From NCBI GenBank assembly GCA_973895155.1, contig OZ316891.1, forward strand, positions 12,336,771 through 12,400,770: 64,000 nt of DNA. The letters run 5' to 3'. Both the position numbers and the translations under genes were made by a program. Below the pieces are notes generated by a model. That model did no database searches. It worked only from the letters and a program-made list of their open reading frames with translations, and was not told where the DNA came from. The stretch comes from Marsupella aquatica (taxonomy: Eukaryota > Plantae > Marchantiophyta). This document shows positions 1 to 11,310 of the stretch, in pieces (the first letter of the stretch is position 1; each line of letters opens with the position of its first letter).

Positions 1-2996
1 CTTATTTTCATTGCGGACAGCATTCAACTGCTCCTTAAAGTTTCTATTTGTACTTGTAGAAGATGTTCTTGAATATGGTTTCTCATCCCCCATGCCCAGG
101 TGTCGTGAAGACCTAGTGGATTCATGACCCTGGCCTTCGAGACGCTCCTTGTCCATGCGTGAGATATTTTTATCTAGTAATTCCATCTGCCTTACTCTCT
201 GTTCACATCACGTCCAAAAAGCATACATACAGTGAGGTTGATCCATCTCTCGTTACTCAGTGGAGTCTGACCACAATCATAGCTAACTAGCTAAAGCCCA
301 ATAGTTGACTGCAACACTGATGACCTTGATCTTTAAGAAATTTCTGTAGTTTTAAATGCTTCGTGACAGAGGAGGCCAAATAAGTACCTCCTGGATCTCT
401 AACCGTATTATTGGCTCGTACTTGGGACCTCTTCCTAGTTCAAACATTCTTTCTAAAAATTGCTTTCTCTCCTCAATCTCCAGTGCAACTGCAAGCCAGC
501 AAAAGTTCAAATGTTGAAGTTGGCGAAGTATCTTAAGAAGAGATGAATTCTCTTCAAACATGTCATCCTTCATATTGCAATCCTCATTAAATGCTTTGCC
601 TATGATCTCGTACTCTAAAACCCTCGAGACGTAGTTCTGAACTTGAATTTGCTTTCCAGATGTGGCATATTTAGAGGGCTTACTTGCTTCCATCAGCATT
701 TCTTGTTCTTCCACAGAACCCCTTGGAGGGGGTGGCTTCCTCGGTGTTTTTGGAACGTTTGATTTAGCCTGGCACATTCCGATTCCCAAAGTTGACCCTC
801 AGCAGAGAGATCAACCAAGTACAAACTTGGAAATTCTTTTGAGCACCTTCAGTTGTCTGAGCATCATCCTCGACTAGAATGTCTGTCTGTGTTTGTATGA
901 CAGTAGATGGGATTGGACAGCAATATCCTGCAAGGTGAATTGTGCCAAAGCTATGGACATTTGCAACTACTACGGAATCCTAAATCTAGCACATCAATTC
1001 TGTTGTTCACTATTTTCATTCCTGTGGAAGGACAAGACTACAAGCTCGATGTTAGTAACGTAACTTGCACAAAAAAATCTACCTTGCAGATACTAGGTGA
1101 AGGACATGACACAAGGCAGGGCAAAGATCCCTGGATCAAAGAGGCCTCATAACGCAGATTCAATAAACAGATTATAAATACAAAGGAAAAGTTAGAATGG
1201 ATGTTGCTGGTCCTAGCTCTGTTTGAGCTGCAGTTGGATTGCTCATGTGTCACGCATCACACGTTCAAGCATTTCAATACTCGTGACGGGTTATAGAAAG
1301 CATATGTACTTCCAGAGAAAATGACAAAACAGCATCAAGGGCTCATTCCAGCTGGGCAAAGGGTACATCTTTCATTGTCCCAATGCGCAAAAATGTGACT
1401 CTATATTGCATCAACTACTTATTTTCCTTTCAAGCCTATCATGTTCAATCTGAGTGGATTGGAAATGCTTACTTCTTCCTCATCTTCAACGTCCCGGCCA
1501 CTCCACTCAAAGATTTCTTGAAGTCGGGCCTTTTCCTTCTCATCCAACAAAGGTCCTGCGCATTGAATAAACACTATTCAGCAAGAGTCTTCACTTGGAA
1601 TATCTGCGATCATGTCATGGTATCTGCTCTGAAATTTAGTGGACGGAAAGAGCTTGCATATAAATGAACAGTTGGACTAACTTGCGAGATCCCTACAAAA
1701 ACTAAGTTACTTTTAGGTTGAGGAGGTTGGTCCTTCTGCAAGATATCTTCCTTCAACTGGGTCAGAATGTGGGATCCCTTTCGTCTCCCTCTCATCAGTA
1801 GTACTTGAGGAATTTCATTGATTGTCAGATACTTCTTGCGAAAGCGTGGGACCTTCACAACTGGCTTCTGCAACCATCTAATTCGAGCTGTCAAGCTCTT
1901 ACTGATATCTCTATCATTTGCCTCCAAGCTGTAGAGGACGCAAGCAATGTCATGCCATGCCAACTCCCCCTAGGATTGCCTTTGTACAAACAGTCTAGTC
2001 AATTTCGTGTAGGATTCCTTGCCCCTTTTCAATTCCTGGTACTTAAATACATGTCTCATTATCATGATTCCCAACATCTTGAGTGAGCATCTTCCAGGAA
2101 CTACAACCATTACACCTACTGGCTTTGGGTTTGATAGAACACTTGTCAAGAATATCTCTACTCATATCTCTAAGACAAGACCTTCATATGCAGGAAGCAT
2201 TTCAAGCTGACCTTTGGTTTTGGTAAATCAGGTGGAACGCAATATAGATCTGCACCCAGACAGGCTAGGTTGAGGTCATCGTACCTAGAATCGCTTAGTT
2301 AACGCTTAACATTTGCTATGATTACTGTTTGATGTTACTAGCATTGGCATTTACCGTCTAGCTTCAGTGTGGTTGACATGACATGAACAAGAGGTCTCTG
2401 ATGATAGCGTAAAAGATTTGTTGTCTTCAATTCTCAAGAGCAAGAGCCCATTTTGCGTTCATGTCCATTTCTCAGAACACTCACTCTTCAAAGGTTAACT
2501 TTTAGAAGACCTAAGGATCTATTCGAGGAAGGAAATCAGAAGAAGAGTCAGTCACTTGTGTAACTTTGCAAGGGCCATTTATTGATGATTCAAGGAAATT
2601 GAGGGTTTTATTCATCGGGTAGAAACTGAGGAGGGGACCTCAGGTGGAGGACATTGAACTTTGTTAGCCCGTGTTGGACTGGCAGGGTTGCCAATGGATA
2701 AGGAGAACCAAAATAGACGACATGTTTCCTCTCTTGGGGATGATGAATATGGATTGTTGTTGTTCTACGGGGTAAGGTGGGTCCTGAAATTGAAGGTGCG
2801 AGAGTGAACCTGGAAGGCCTTGGGCAGATATGCGCTCCATGATCTTGATCCTGTTGTGATCAGAGTATTTATTCCCGCGATTCCTGGCCACCCCATACCC
2901 ATTGTAGAGTGCGAACAAGGCGCGCCCAACCTCCGTCCCTCGTCCAACTGCCTCCCAGGGGTTGGGCAATTTTGCACCTGCTGCTGCCATTGCCAT
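1..2996 (-). CDS. UPF0193/EVG1 (C22orf23)-like cilia-associated protein; multi-exon, 3' end runs out of the window
   Basis: GT-AG exons include ~2810-2996 (MAMAAAG...), ~1711-1867 (KPVVKVPRF...), ~1473-1555 (PLLDEKEKARLQEIFEW), 684-768, 388-488 (IALEIEERKQFLERMFELGRGPKYEPIIRLEIQE) and 1-198 (RVRQMELLD...). The EIEER-x-FL-x2-M-x2-LG-x-G-x2-Y-x2-II-x2-EI pattern is the UPF0193 C-terminal signature. Small internal exons are uncertain. Confidence 0.8.
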
Positions 2997-3451
2997 CTCC
3001 GCTGCTACTGCTGCTGCTGTGGTCTCAGCAGCAACCTAAGCGGTCTCCTCTCCTTCCTAGAGAACACACCTTTTACGTGAATGAATGTCAATATCATAAA
3101 GAGGTTGGATATGAACAGAGAGTGCTTGCTGCATAAGAGACGTGATGTTAGAATTTATTCAATGCATTCTATCTGACTATTGCTTTGTGGGACATCCTTC
3201 CTATATTTAGCGTCTTTTGCAGGATCCTAGAGATCTTGTCCAATTGTCTGGAAGGTTGCCCTAAAAGACGGATGTGTTCTCTTGTAGCCGAAAGACTTTG
3301 ATTACTGTCATGTGCATCAAAGTCTGAACCTCTTGCTACCTTGGTTCTTTAACTTAGACATGCAGATTCTTCGTTACTAGAGCTCTTGCAAGCGGAGCAT
3401 GAAATGAAGGGGCAACAATTCTCTGGAGACATTTGATCATCGGAGAGGTAG

Positions 3452-3598
3452 TGACAGAATGATGCCCGAGAATGCTTCGGAACAAAGATCGGTCTCATAA
3501 TAACAGGTATCTAATGACCTTTCACAAGAGGGGAAATCTGAGACAGAATGATGCCCGAGAATGTTTTTGAACAATCTAGATCTTTCTCGTAACAGGGC
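3452..3598. repeat. Imperfect ~89-bp tandem duplication
   Basis: GACAGAATGATGCCCGAGAATG at ~3453 and ~3542, each followed by similar sequence ending TAACAGG. Confidence 0.7.
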
Positions 3599-4500
3599 TG
3601 GGAGGACGAAAGTCCGGATTAGCAATTTGGAATCCACTTAGTGCCCCACAAGGCACCAAACAAATGATCCGGGAAGCAAAGTATCATAATGTCTTTCATT
3701 TTGGGTGACATATAGAGATTGCACGGCCATCACCAGGGTCACTCTGGAATGGAACTTACCTGGGTTGAGACACAAAGGTACCTACCTCGTAGACTTACAA
3801 CGTTGGTTGCTGGTTTTACAAAGACGAACCCATTTTGCTATGGGCAAATTCCATTTCCCACTAACCACAGATAGCGAGCTTACCAATTTGCTCTCAAAAA
3901 GCCATGACACGAGAATGTTCTGTCCAGTGACGAGCCAAAGTATTCTGTAGTCGTTCACATGAAATTTTCCTTAGTACCTTGTCTAGTAACTTCTAGGGAG
4001 CGTAACTAAAGATGGATTCAACAAGTGTGATGGTGAGGGCCACTGATTTGGGTTGCACTGGATGTTCTTCCACACGAATCATACATCATATCTTGCTTTG
4101 AATTTGATAAGACGACCCAGCAAAATTACTGTGGAATAATCGTAATAACTGCACCTGAGCCATCAACTGCCAGTTGAGCCTTTCGATTCAAGGTCACAAA
4201 ACTTTCAAGTCATTGGTGATTGAGAAAAATGGAGGAATATTGATCATTGTTCTTAAAAAAGTAGATTGTGTGTTAGAGAGAGGACATTAAAAAACTCCAT
4301 TTCTTTACAACGGTGCCCCAAACATATGTTTTGTTGCAGTTTGTAGAATTTGCTCGAGCTTGTGCTCCAGCCCTAAAATTCTTTGAGAAAACCATCAAAA
4401 TACTAATCTGCTCATCGATTTTAGTAGTTTGATTTTAGTCAATTTTAAATTTCATCATGCATAACTGCTCATCGATTTCAGTAGTTTGATTTTAGTATAT

Positions 4501-4921
4501 TTTAAATTTCATCATGCATAACATAGTAGTCAAAATTAATGTTATGAGAAGGTTTGAAATGCTAGCATATCCTGAGACCCTGTGATGGAAACCGAATTTG
4601 GAAACTAAATGGTGTCGCCACTTTCCTTGACAAATTTATTTAATTAAAGTTTTGCGATCTGCAATAGTTGCATAATCTTCAGGAACTATGCTTGGTGTTC
4701 AAGAATGGCGCTTCAAAGAAACTGCAGGAAAAATTAAGGAAACCGACATTGTTTGGCCCGCTTGCAAAGAAATTGTAGTTGATAGAATGTATCAAAAGTG
4801 AACTCGGCACTTTGCTCGACCAAATTTAGGATTCCATGAACAGGGTCCCTGGATATGCCAGCATTTCAAACCTCCTCCTACATTAATTTTGACTGCTATG
4901 TTATGCATGATAAAATTTAAA
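4501..4921. mobile_element. MITE/foldback-like element with ~100-bp imperfect inverted repeats
   Basis: 4501-4601 is the imperfect reverse complement of 4820-4921. A ~57-bp tandem duplication (4408-4521) overlaps the left end. Confidence 0.65.
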
Positions 4922-6496
4922 TTGGACTGCCAATTCCCTAGTCAAAAGACGTGGTAAAACTCTTTAACCAGGTCTTACAATCTCTAAGACAGAAAATCAG
5001 TATGACACTCAGGATAATAAGAGATCCGGATTTACTGTCACTCTGATGTGAGCCCCCCACTTGCGATCGCCAAACCCACACCAAACCCTCTCCTCTCTTC
5101 CGCCAAACAGCAAATGTGGGAGCTTTATAAGGTAATGGTCAAGAGAAGAACACAAAACACGTTACCCATGCTACTATCTGTCCCGAACAGCACGAGGGGA
5201 GAATCTAAAACATTATAACCTGCACCAACAGTAGTGCTGCACTACCACAGCCCAATCCAACACAACAATTGCTCCAAGAAACTAACGTACGTGCCATAAC
5301 CTAAATGTAACCAAGGAGATCATATCATTTATTTCAATGATTCGTCATCAAGTAGAAAGAACAGGAAAACGGTACTTCACAGAATAGGGTATCGACGATC
5401 CTATGATCGCTCGTCTTCAGGTTTCCTACCGGCCACATGAAAGATCCAACACGAGTGTGTGAGAGATACATATTAAAAGTGAATTTTTACTCTCAAATAC
5501 GTATCAGATCTACTGGAGCAACCAAAGTCTTGTAAATATTAACAGATCCGTAACATATTAGACCCGAAGAAAGTCATCACAATAACCTGACTCACAGACC
5601 TCATAGACCTCATAAATCCAGAAAGGTCTTCTCGGCACTGGCTTTGCCTAAAATGCACGCCAATGCCTGCAGACATTCCTGTAAGAGGTCGATTATACAA
5701 TGAGCTGACACCTCTTCTAAATTCAATAAGACTACTGCTTTGTCACCAGTAGATGATGTTCAACTTTTCTAAAACTTGTGAACAAAACATCACTGGCTTG
5801 ATGGCAATGTACAAGGGTCGCCTTTGCTACCTCCCTGATCGATCCACAACATAAGTAACTCACTGCAGTGATCTAACTGAACTCCATAAACTAGACAATA
5901 GTAAAACCGTTTGCAATGGGCGTGCAGCATTTTCAAAAACGTTGCTGACAACCCAATGCATGGCTTTCTGTGCGCAGACGGGTCTCAGATCTGCGATCAG
6001 TAATTCTCCACCCAGCAAAAGCAAGCTTTCAGTTGTTGTCGTACGAACCAAGATATGCCCTCAAAAAAATTAGAGGGATATCTAGCTGTTCGAATGTAGC
6101 ACCTGCTCCCTGGACATGAAAGATAACGGACCCAATACATAGCTACGTAGCACTTCCTCTCCTAGGAATGCGATGGTACTTCACAACACGAACGAATTAA
6201 ACAAGACTAGGCACCATTCAACTCGGGAACAGTTGTTGCCATAAGGTACACTTCTGTGTATCTTTGTGCAGTGATTAAAAAGCACGAGGTTGACCTCCTC
6301 CCCACGGCAAATCCATGATACCGTCTGAAGTCCCCATCAGACGATCAGTTTTTCAAAAGATTTAGATATGAGTGGCTTCTTGACCACCTACCTTACTCAT
6401 CACTGTTTCTGGCAACGTCGTGTTCCCACCTGAAGGTACACGAAAACGATATTCACACTAATCCGTAATACCGTCAATTACTCTCGGGTTCCCCAA

Positions 6497-8650
6497 TCAC
6501 AACAACTCTGGTGTGTCACCAGAATCTTCGGTTTTCTCTAGGATTCCTCCATCATGACTCCATCGTGCTACCAAATATTTCAGTTTACTCTCTGGTTCAT
6601 ACATAATAACTGCTACATCACTCACTTTCTCAATAAGAGATTCCAAATCCTTAACCCCAAAGTTTTCATAATCCAAAACTCTGGAGTACCGTTTCCAATA
6701 AAATGAGACGAAGTCGGTCACGACTATTTTGCAAGCGTGGCTAACAAGAAGGTCTTGCAACTCCATCCTGAACACATCCAGACCTTTCAATCCTGCGGCA
6801 GCCCTACTATTACCCTTGGGTTTCACGACCTGCTCGAGAGTCGATTCGTCGACCTCCACATCCTTCTCTTCTAGCAGGCTGTCTTTCTCATCGCCGGATA
6901 CGCCAGATCCACCAGAGCCAAAGTCCCAATCATAGTTGGGTAGATGAATTTCCTCCTCCTTTTTGCGCTCTCCTTGGCTCTTCTGAGGGTCCTTGACACT
7001 CAATAGTGACTCAACCTCTGTAATCAAAGTCTTCATTCCCTTTGTTGGATAACCAACAATAACTTCTTCTCCTGCTGTCTCGTCGTCGACGTCTGCCACA
7101 TCGTCCACGTCAACCCTAAAAACATTAATGACTTGTTGTACCTCCTCCTTCGGCGCGCCTCGACTATTCCTAGAATCACGCTTGAGCTTCCCAGCCAATC
7201 GACCACCATTCTTGGTCAAATGTACCGTCCTTTTATCACCTTCTCCTCTCATGAAAAGCCACTCCTTAAACCTCTCCAACAAATTCACCAGTTTGTTGTG
7301 ACTGGCGCCAGAATCTCCCGAGAACAGCGCCTTACCATACTGCTTTTGATACTCGCCTGGCACACGACTGAGCTCCATGCTCTTACTCCCATTCATACTG
7401 AGCAATCTCACGAGCTGCTCTTTCAAAGCCTGAAGATTTTCTGTAGGTGTTGCCAAGCTCTTAGAGCTTCCTTTGGGAACAGGAACATTTGACCCATTGG
7501 CATCACCGTGCGCTCTGACGACTGGAACCGTTTCTCGCACACCAGATGGTTGGTTACTCTGTTCCCTGGATGCAGAAGGATATTGCCCGTGTGGCGGAGA
7601 CTTACCAGGAGCTGCCTCACTGGAACTGGGCCCCGGATTCCTTTGTTGTGGGACATTCAATTGAGAAACAGACGACCCATCAACGGCACGATGATGGTCA
7701 ACAATTCGAAGAGGTGCAGGAGACCTGAAAACAATCTTCTCTTCGTAAGGTACATCATCATTTGCCAGGTCCGAATCCTCATCGTGACTCCAACCTGTGC
7801 CGGGGGGTTGCTCAGCAGACGCACTCATCTCGATAATCTCGGCCGTCCTCTCAGATACATTGCTTCTCCTGCTGCTAGGTGGTTGTCCACCAGACACATT
7901 CATCTCCATAAGCTCAGAAATTCTTTCGTCCAGAATGCTTTTCCTGCTACTGGGTGGTGGCCCGGAAGACGCATTCATCTCAATAATCTCGGCCATTCTT
8001 TCATCGGCAGTATTTCTACTGGAACTAGAGAAGTTCTTGGCTGGTACCAGGCCAACCCCTCGGGCCACACTAGGCCAATCCCACACATATCTCCCGGCAC
8101 TACAAAGAGCAGATGAAACTCCCACGCCTGAGGGAATCGCCAACACCACAGTGTATCCCCTCTGCCCCAGCTTGTGCAACGCTGGTGCGAAGTCCACATC
8201 CCCAGATATTAAAAATATGGTGCATGGAGGAGCGTTGTCCAGTGCAAAGAGGAACAAATCTACGAGAATGGCCTTGTCCGATGCATCCTTCTTCCCGTTG
8301 GGCACGTCGATGAGGTTGACGCCTGTTCGCTGGCAGCCTTCCCTGACCTTTCTGGAGAAATGGTTGAAGTCTCCATACGCAGAGAAGAACGTGACTGCAC
8401 CTTGAATTACTGGGTGCATTCGCAGTGCCTCGCGGATGTTCCCCGCAACGTCGTCCGCCTTCACTTCAGAGGGAACGGGACAATTCTCCATATCCCATAG
8501 AATGGCAACGGAACCCGTCAGCACTGCCTGCTGCTTAGCCCTGTTCATGTGTTGCTGCATGAGGGAGCTGTTGTCCCGCTCCGTTCCCTGTAACCCCCTC
8601 ATCTTCGTGGATCTGCTCATGGTAGTCCTAGGCATGTAATCGTGGGACAT
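6497..8650 (-). CDS. DNE1: NYN-domain endoribonuclease with C-terminal OST-HTH/LOTUS domains (DNE1/MARF1-like); intronless CDS
   Basis: NYN motifs AILWDMENCPVP, SAYGD, KKDASDKAIL and LISGDVDF closely match Arabidopsis DNE1 as I recall it. Two OST-HTH-like segments follow (...VPGEYQKQYGKAL...; ...FYWKRYSRVLDYENFGVKDLESLI). The start may be ATG 8650, 8635 or 8620. A 5'UTR intron is likely at 9797-8878 (GTAAGT...TTGCAG). Confidence 0.9.
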   Translation of the reverse strand: MSHDYMPRTTMSRSTKMRGLQGTERDNSSLMQQHMNRAKQQAVLTGSVAILWDMENCPVPSEVKADDVAGNIREALRMHPVIQGAVTFFSAYGDFNHFSRKVREGCQRTGVNLIDVPNGKKDASDKAILVDLFLFALDNAPPCTIFLISGDVDFAPALHKLGQRGYTVVLAIPSGVGVSSALCSAGRYVWDWPSVARGVGLVPAKNFSSSSRNTADERMAEIIEMNASSGPPPSSRKSILDERISELMEMNVSGGQPPSSRRSNVSERTAEIIEMSASAEQPPGTGWSHDEDSDLANDDVPYEEKIVFRSPAPLRIVDHHRAVDGSSVSQLNVPQQRNPGPSSSEAAPGKSPPHGQYPSASREQSNQPSGVRETVPVVRAHGDANGSNVPVPKGSSKSLATPTENLQALKEQLVRLLSMNGSKSMELSRVPGEYQKQYGKALFSGDSGASHNKLVNLLERFKEWLFMRGEGDKRTVHLTKNGGRLAGKLKRDSRNSRGAPKEEVQQVINVFRVDVDDVADVDDETAGEEVIVGYPTKGMKTLITEVESLLSVKDPQKSQGERKKEEEIHLPNYDWDFGSGGSGVSGDEKDSLLEEKDVEVDESTLEQVVKPKGNSRAAAGLKGLDVFRMELQDLLVSHACKIVVTDFVSFYWKRYSRVLDYENFGVKDLESLIEKVSDVAVIMYEPESKLKYLVARWSHDGGILEKTEDSGDTPELL

Positions 8651-10879
8651 CCTCGTGTGACCAGCAGGCCACGATTCTAATAAAGTCCGCGAGACTACTT
8701 TCACTGGATTGCTGCCTCGACGCCTTCAAGTCCTTGTCCATCAAGATTCCTACCAATTCCTGGCCAACAGGTAGGCTCAACTACTATCCGACACTGCTGT
8801 AGACTGCAGCTTCAGTTCGTCTACTCCTCCACAAAATGAACGCCTTTCGCAGACAAAGCTACGATAGGTAGGACCAGCTGCAAAATATATCCACACACTG
8901 CGACATGCACGCCAAAATTTTAGTCAATAAGGGAGAGAGCAATTATTCTCTGGCACCCACAGCACGAAGAGGACACAACACCGATGGAGTCCATAGGATG
9001 AGAACCAAACTGGAGATAGAAAAGAGTGACGTGGAAGAACTGTCTTTGGACATCCAAACCATTTGGTATTTGTTGAAACGAATACACACAAGTTCAAGGT
9101 AATTGAAGGAATGAGCACTAGACACTCGTCTTCATAGGACTAAGCCCAGATGCGATTAGATCAGGCAAACTACTCCTGTTACCGACATCCAACTCAACAG
9201 GATTCTTGAGTGTCAACAATAGCACGCTGTTCTTCAACACGACGTCAATATCGCTGCCCAATTACACCCCTCAAATCTTCGCAACGACAGGCCTTCACTG
9301 GTAATCAAACTCCCGAAACGAAACGAATCACAGCTCCATTCAATTGAATAAAATCAATCAAATCGAAGACACTAACATCTGCTCCCACATCTCACCTTAT
9401 GACATTCTAGAATACGAATGCTTGATGCCATATGCACTGCTCTCACCACCGCCTTTCGCTAACATAGGGTACCGGTAAGCCACACGGACAATGTCTCACA
9501 CGACGCTTTCTCGCTTACGGCGAGACAAGATCTACTTCAACACTCCTGAGCGGTGAGCGCTGACACGACAATCAGCGCAACAGCAATACGTCATGCCGAC
9601 CACGCACGACAACATTGCACACATAGGGTAACGGACACCACCGACAAACAGATTGTACAGCACAAATTACTCATCATTCTCCTTGATATGTGTATGGGTG
9701 GGGACTACAAACAAGGGTCCCAGACAGCACCGACCGACGCATTCAACGACAACAATTCCCACAAAACCTAGATGCGTGCGCGATACCGAGTACTTACCAA
9801 ATTTTCCTAAGCCTGGCAAGCGCGCGAGGCACCAACTATGGCAGCACGGCTCGAGTCGTTCTCCTCTGGGCAGTAGCAGCAGCAGGCGTCGTTCTTAATA
9901 TGTCTCGCCAGACACAAATTTCAAGATCGTCGTTGCCTTCGACGATGTGCTCGTGTTGCTCTCGATCTTTGTCCTTCGTCTTCGTCAGCGGCAAAAGCGT
10001 TCCTCCTCTGGATCCACCTCACGGTCCGCTTAATGGGCGGCGGTGGTCGCGGTGGCACTAGAGGACAGTGGCGTGGCACTCACGAAACTCTTCATCCACA
10101 GAATTGCTGCTATAGAAATATTGATTACTGCTGTTGCTAGTCTTTGCTGTTGTTGTTGTTGTTGTCGCCGTGTAACGCAGCCAGGCAGGCCGCAGGCAGG
10201 CCGCAGGCAGGAGGAGGCCGTCGGCTGCTCGTGCTTCACTCGTACTGTTTTTCTTCTTTCTTCTGCTTCGATCCACCACGCGGATTGTTGGGGGAAGCAG
10301 CTTGGGGAAAGGGGCAACCAGAATCTCTAGGAGGACAGCGTCATCGGGATCGACGAATCGAATTCGATATAATATTTCGAGGCAAAAAGCAGAGCCTCAT
10401 CATCGTCGTCGTTCGGGGCTTTCTTCCTGTGATCCCGATCTCTTCTTCTTCTTCTTCTTCTCTTCGTCTTCTTCGTCGTCGTGTTCTTTGTGGCTGGCGA
10501 GGGAGCGGGCTCGCTCCCTCGTCGTCGTTCACCTTCTCTTGACCTTCTCCTCTGCTTCTTCTTCGTCCTCCTCGCGGGTTCCCCAACCTGCTTCCGATCG
10601 AGGCTGGTGCGCGAGAGGCCCTCAAATACCGGCGCAGCAGTCTCAGTGAGTGTCTCACGGAAGCGAGGACCGACCACTTGTCATCGGTGCCGTTCCGCGG
10701 ACCGGGGCGTCCTTTTTCACAAGTACTACTAGTACTACTCACTACAGTACTGGTGCTTTCCTTTTCTCTTTCCTTTTCTCTTTTCTCTTTCCCCTTGAAA
10801 ACCCCCCATCTTCTGCCTCGTAAACAAACACTACTTAAGATGTCAAGGTACCATTGTCTTTTTTTGAATGCTGGACCCT

Positions 10880-11310
10880 GTAGGGGGGTGGGGTGTAGCA
10901 TTGGTTCTTTTTTGGAAGTGTTGGACCAGGTAGGGTAAGGTGGAGAGTCACCCTGGTTCTATTGGGTATGTTACTCATGATCACCATGTAGGGGGGGGGG
11001 GAGGTGTTCATTGGGTTTTGAAGTACTGGACCAGGTAGGGTAAGGTGGCGAGTCACCCTGGTTCTGTGCGGTATGTTACTCATAATCACCATGTAGGGGG
11101 GATGGAGTGTAGCAGTTTAAAGTTTTTCTTAGGTGTTGGACCAGGTAGGGTAAGGTGGCGAGTAACTGGTTCTATGGGTATGGTACTCATTATCACCATG
11201 TAATAGGGAGGGGTGTAGCATTGTGTTTTTTTTTGGAAGGGGTGGACTAGGTAGGGTAGTTTGGCGACACATCTGGTTCTATTGGGTATATTACTCATAA
11301 TCATCTGTGA
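10880..11310. repeat. Tandem array of about four ~105-110-bp G-rich units, plus a degenerate copy near 11445
   Basis: GGACCAGGTAGGGTAAGGTGG...CTGGTTCTA...TTACTCATAATCACCATGTAGGGG recurs at ~10923, 11028, 11138 and 11244. Confidence 0.85.

Noticed and set aside
352-789. The continuous 145-aa ORF as a single exon or a non-canonical splice site
   Set aside because: A canonical GTAAGC...TTGCAG intron (683-489) explains it and yields the conserved ...MEAIALEIEER sequence; the intron simply lacks in-frame stops.
10030-10938. Several overlapping 70-190 aa ORFs on both strands
   Set aside because: They arise from GC-rich and TCT/TGT simple-repeat sequence in a leader or promoter region; no recognisable domain.
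10880-11310. Regularly spaced repeats that could be read as a CRISPR array (also 16390-16625 and 46257-46458)
   Set aside because: Whole units are repeated with no unique spacers, there are no cas genes, and the context is eukaryotic.
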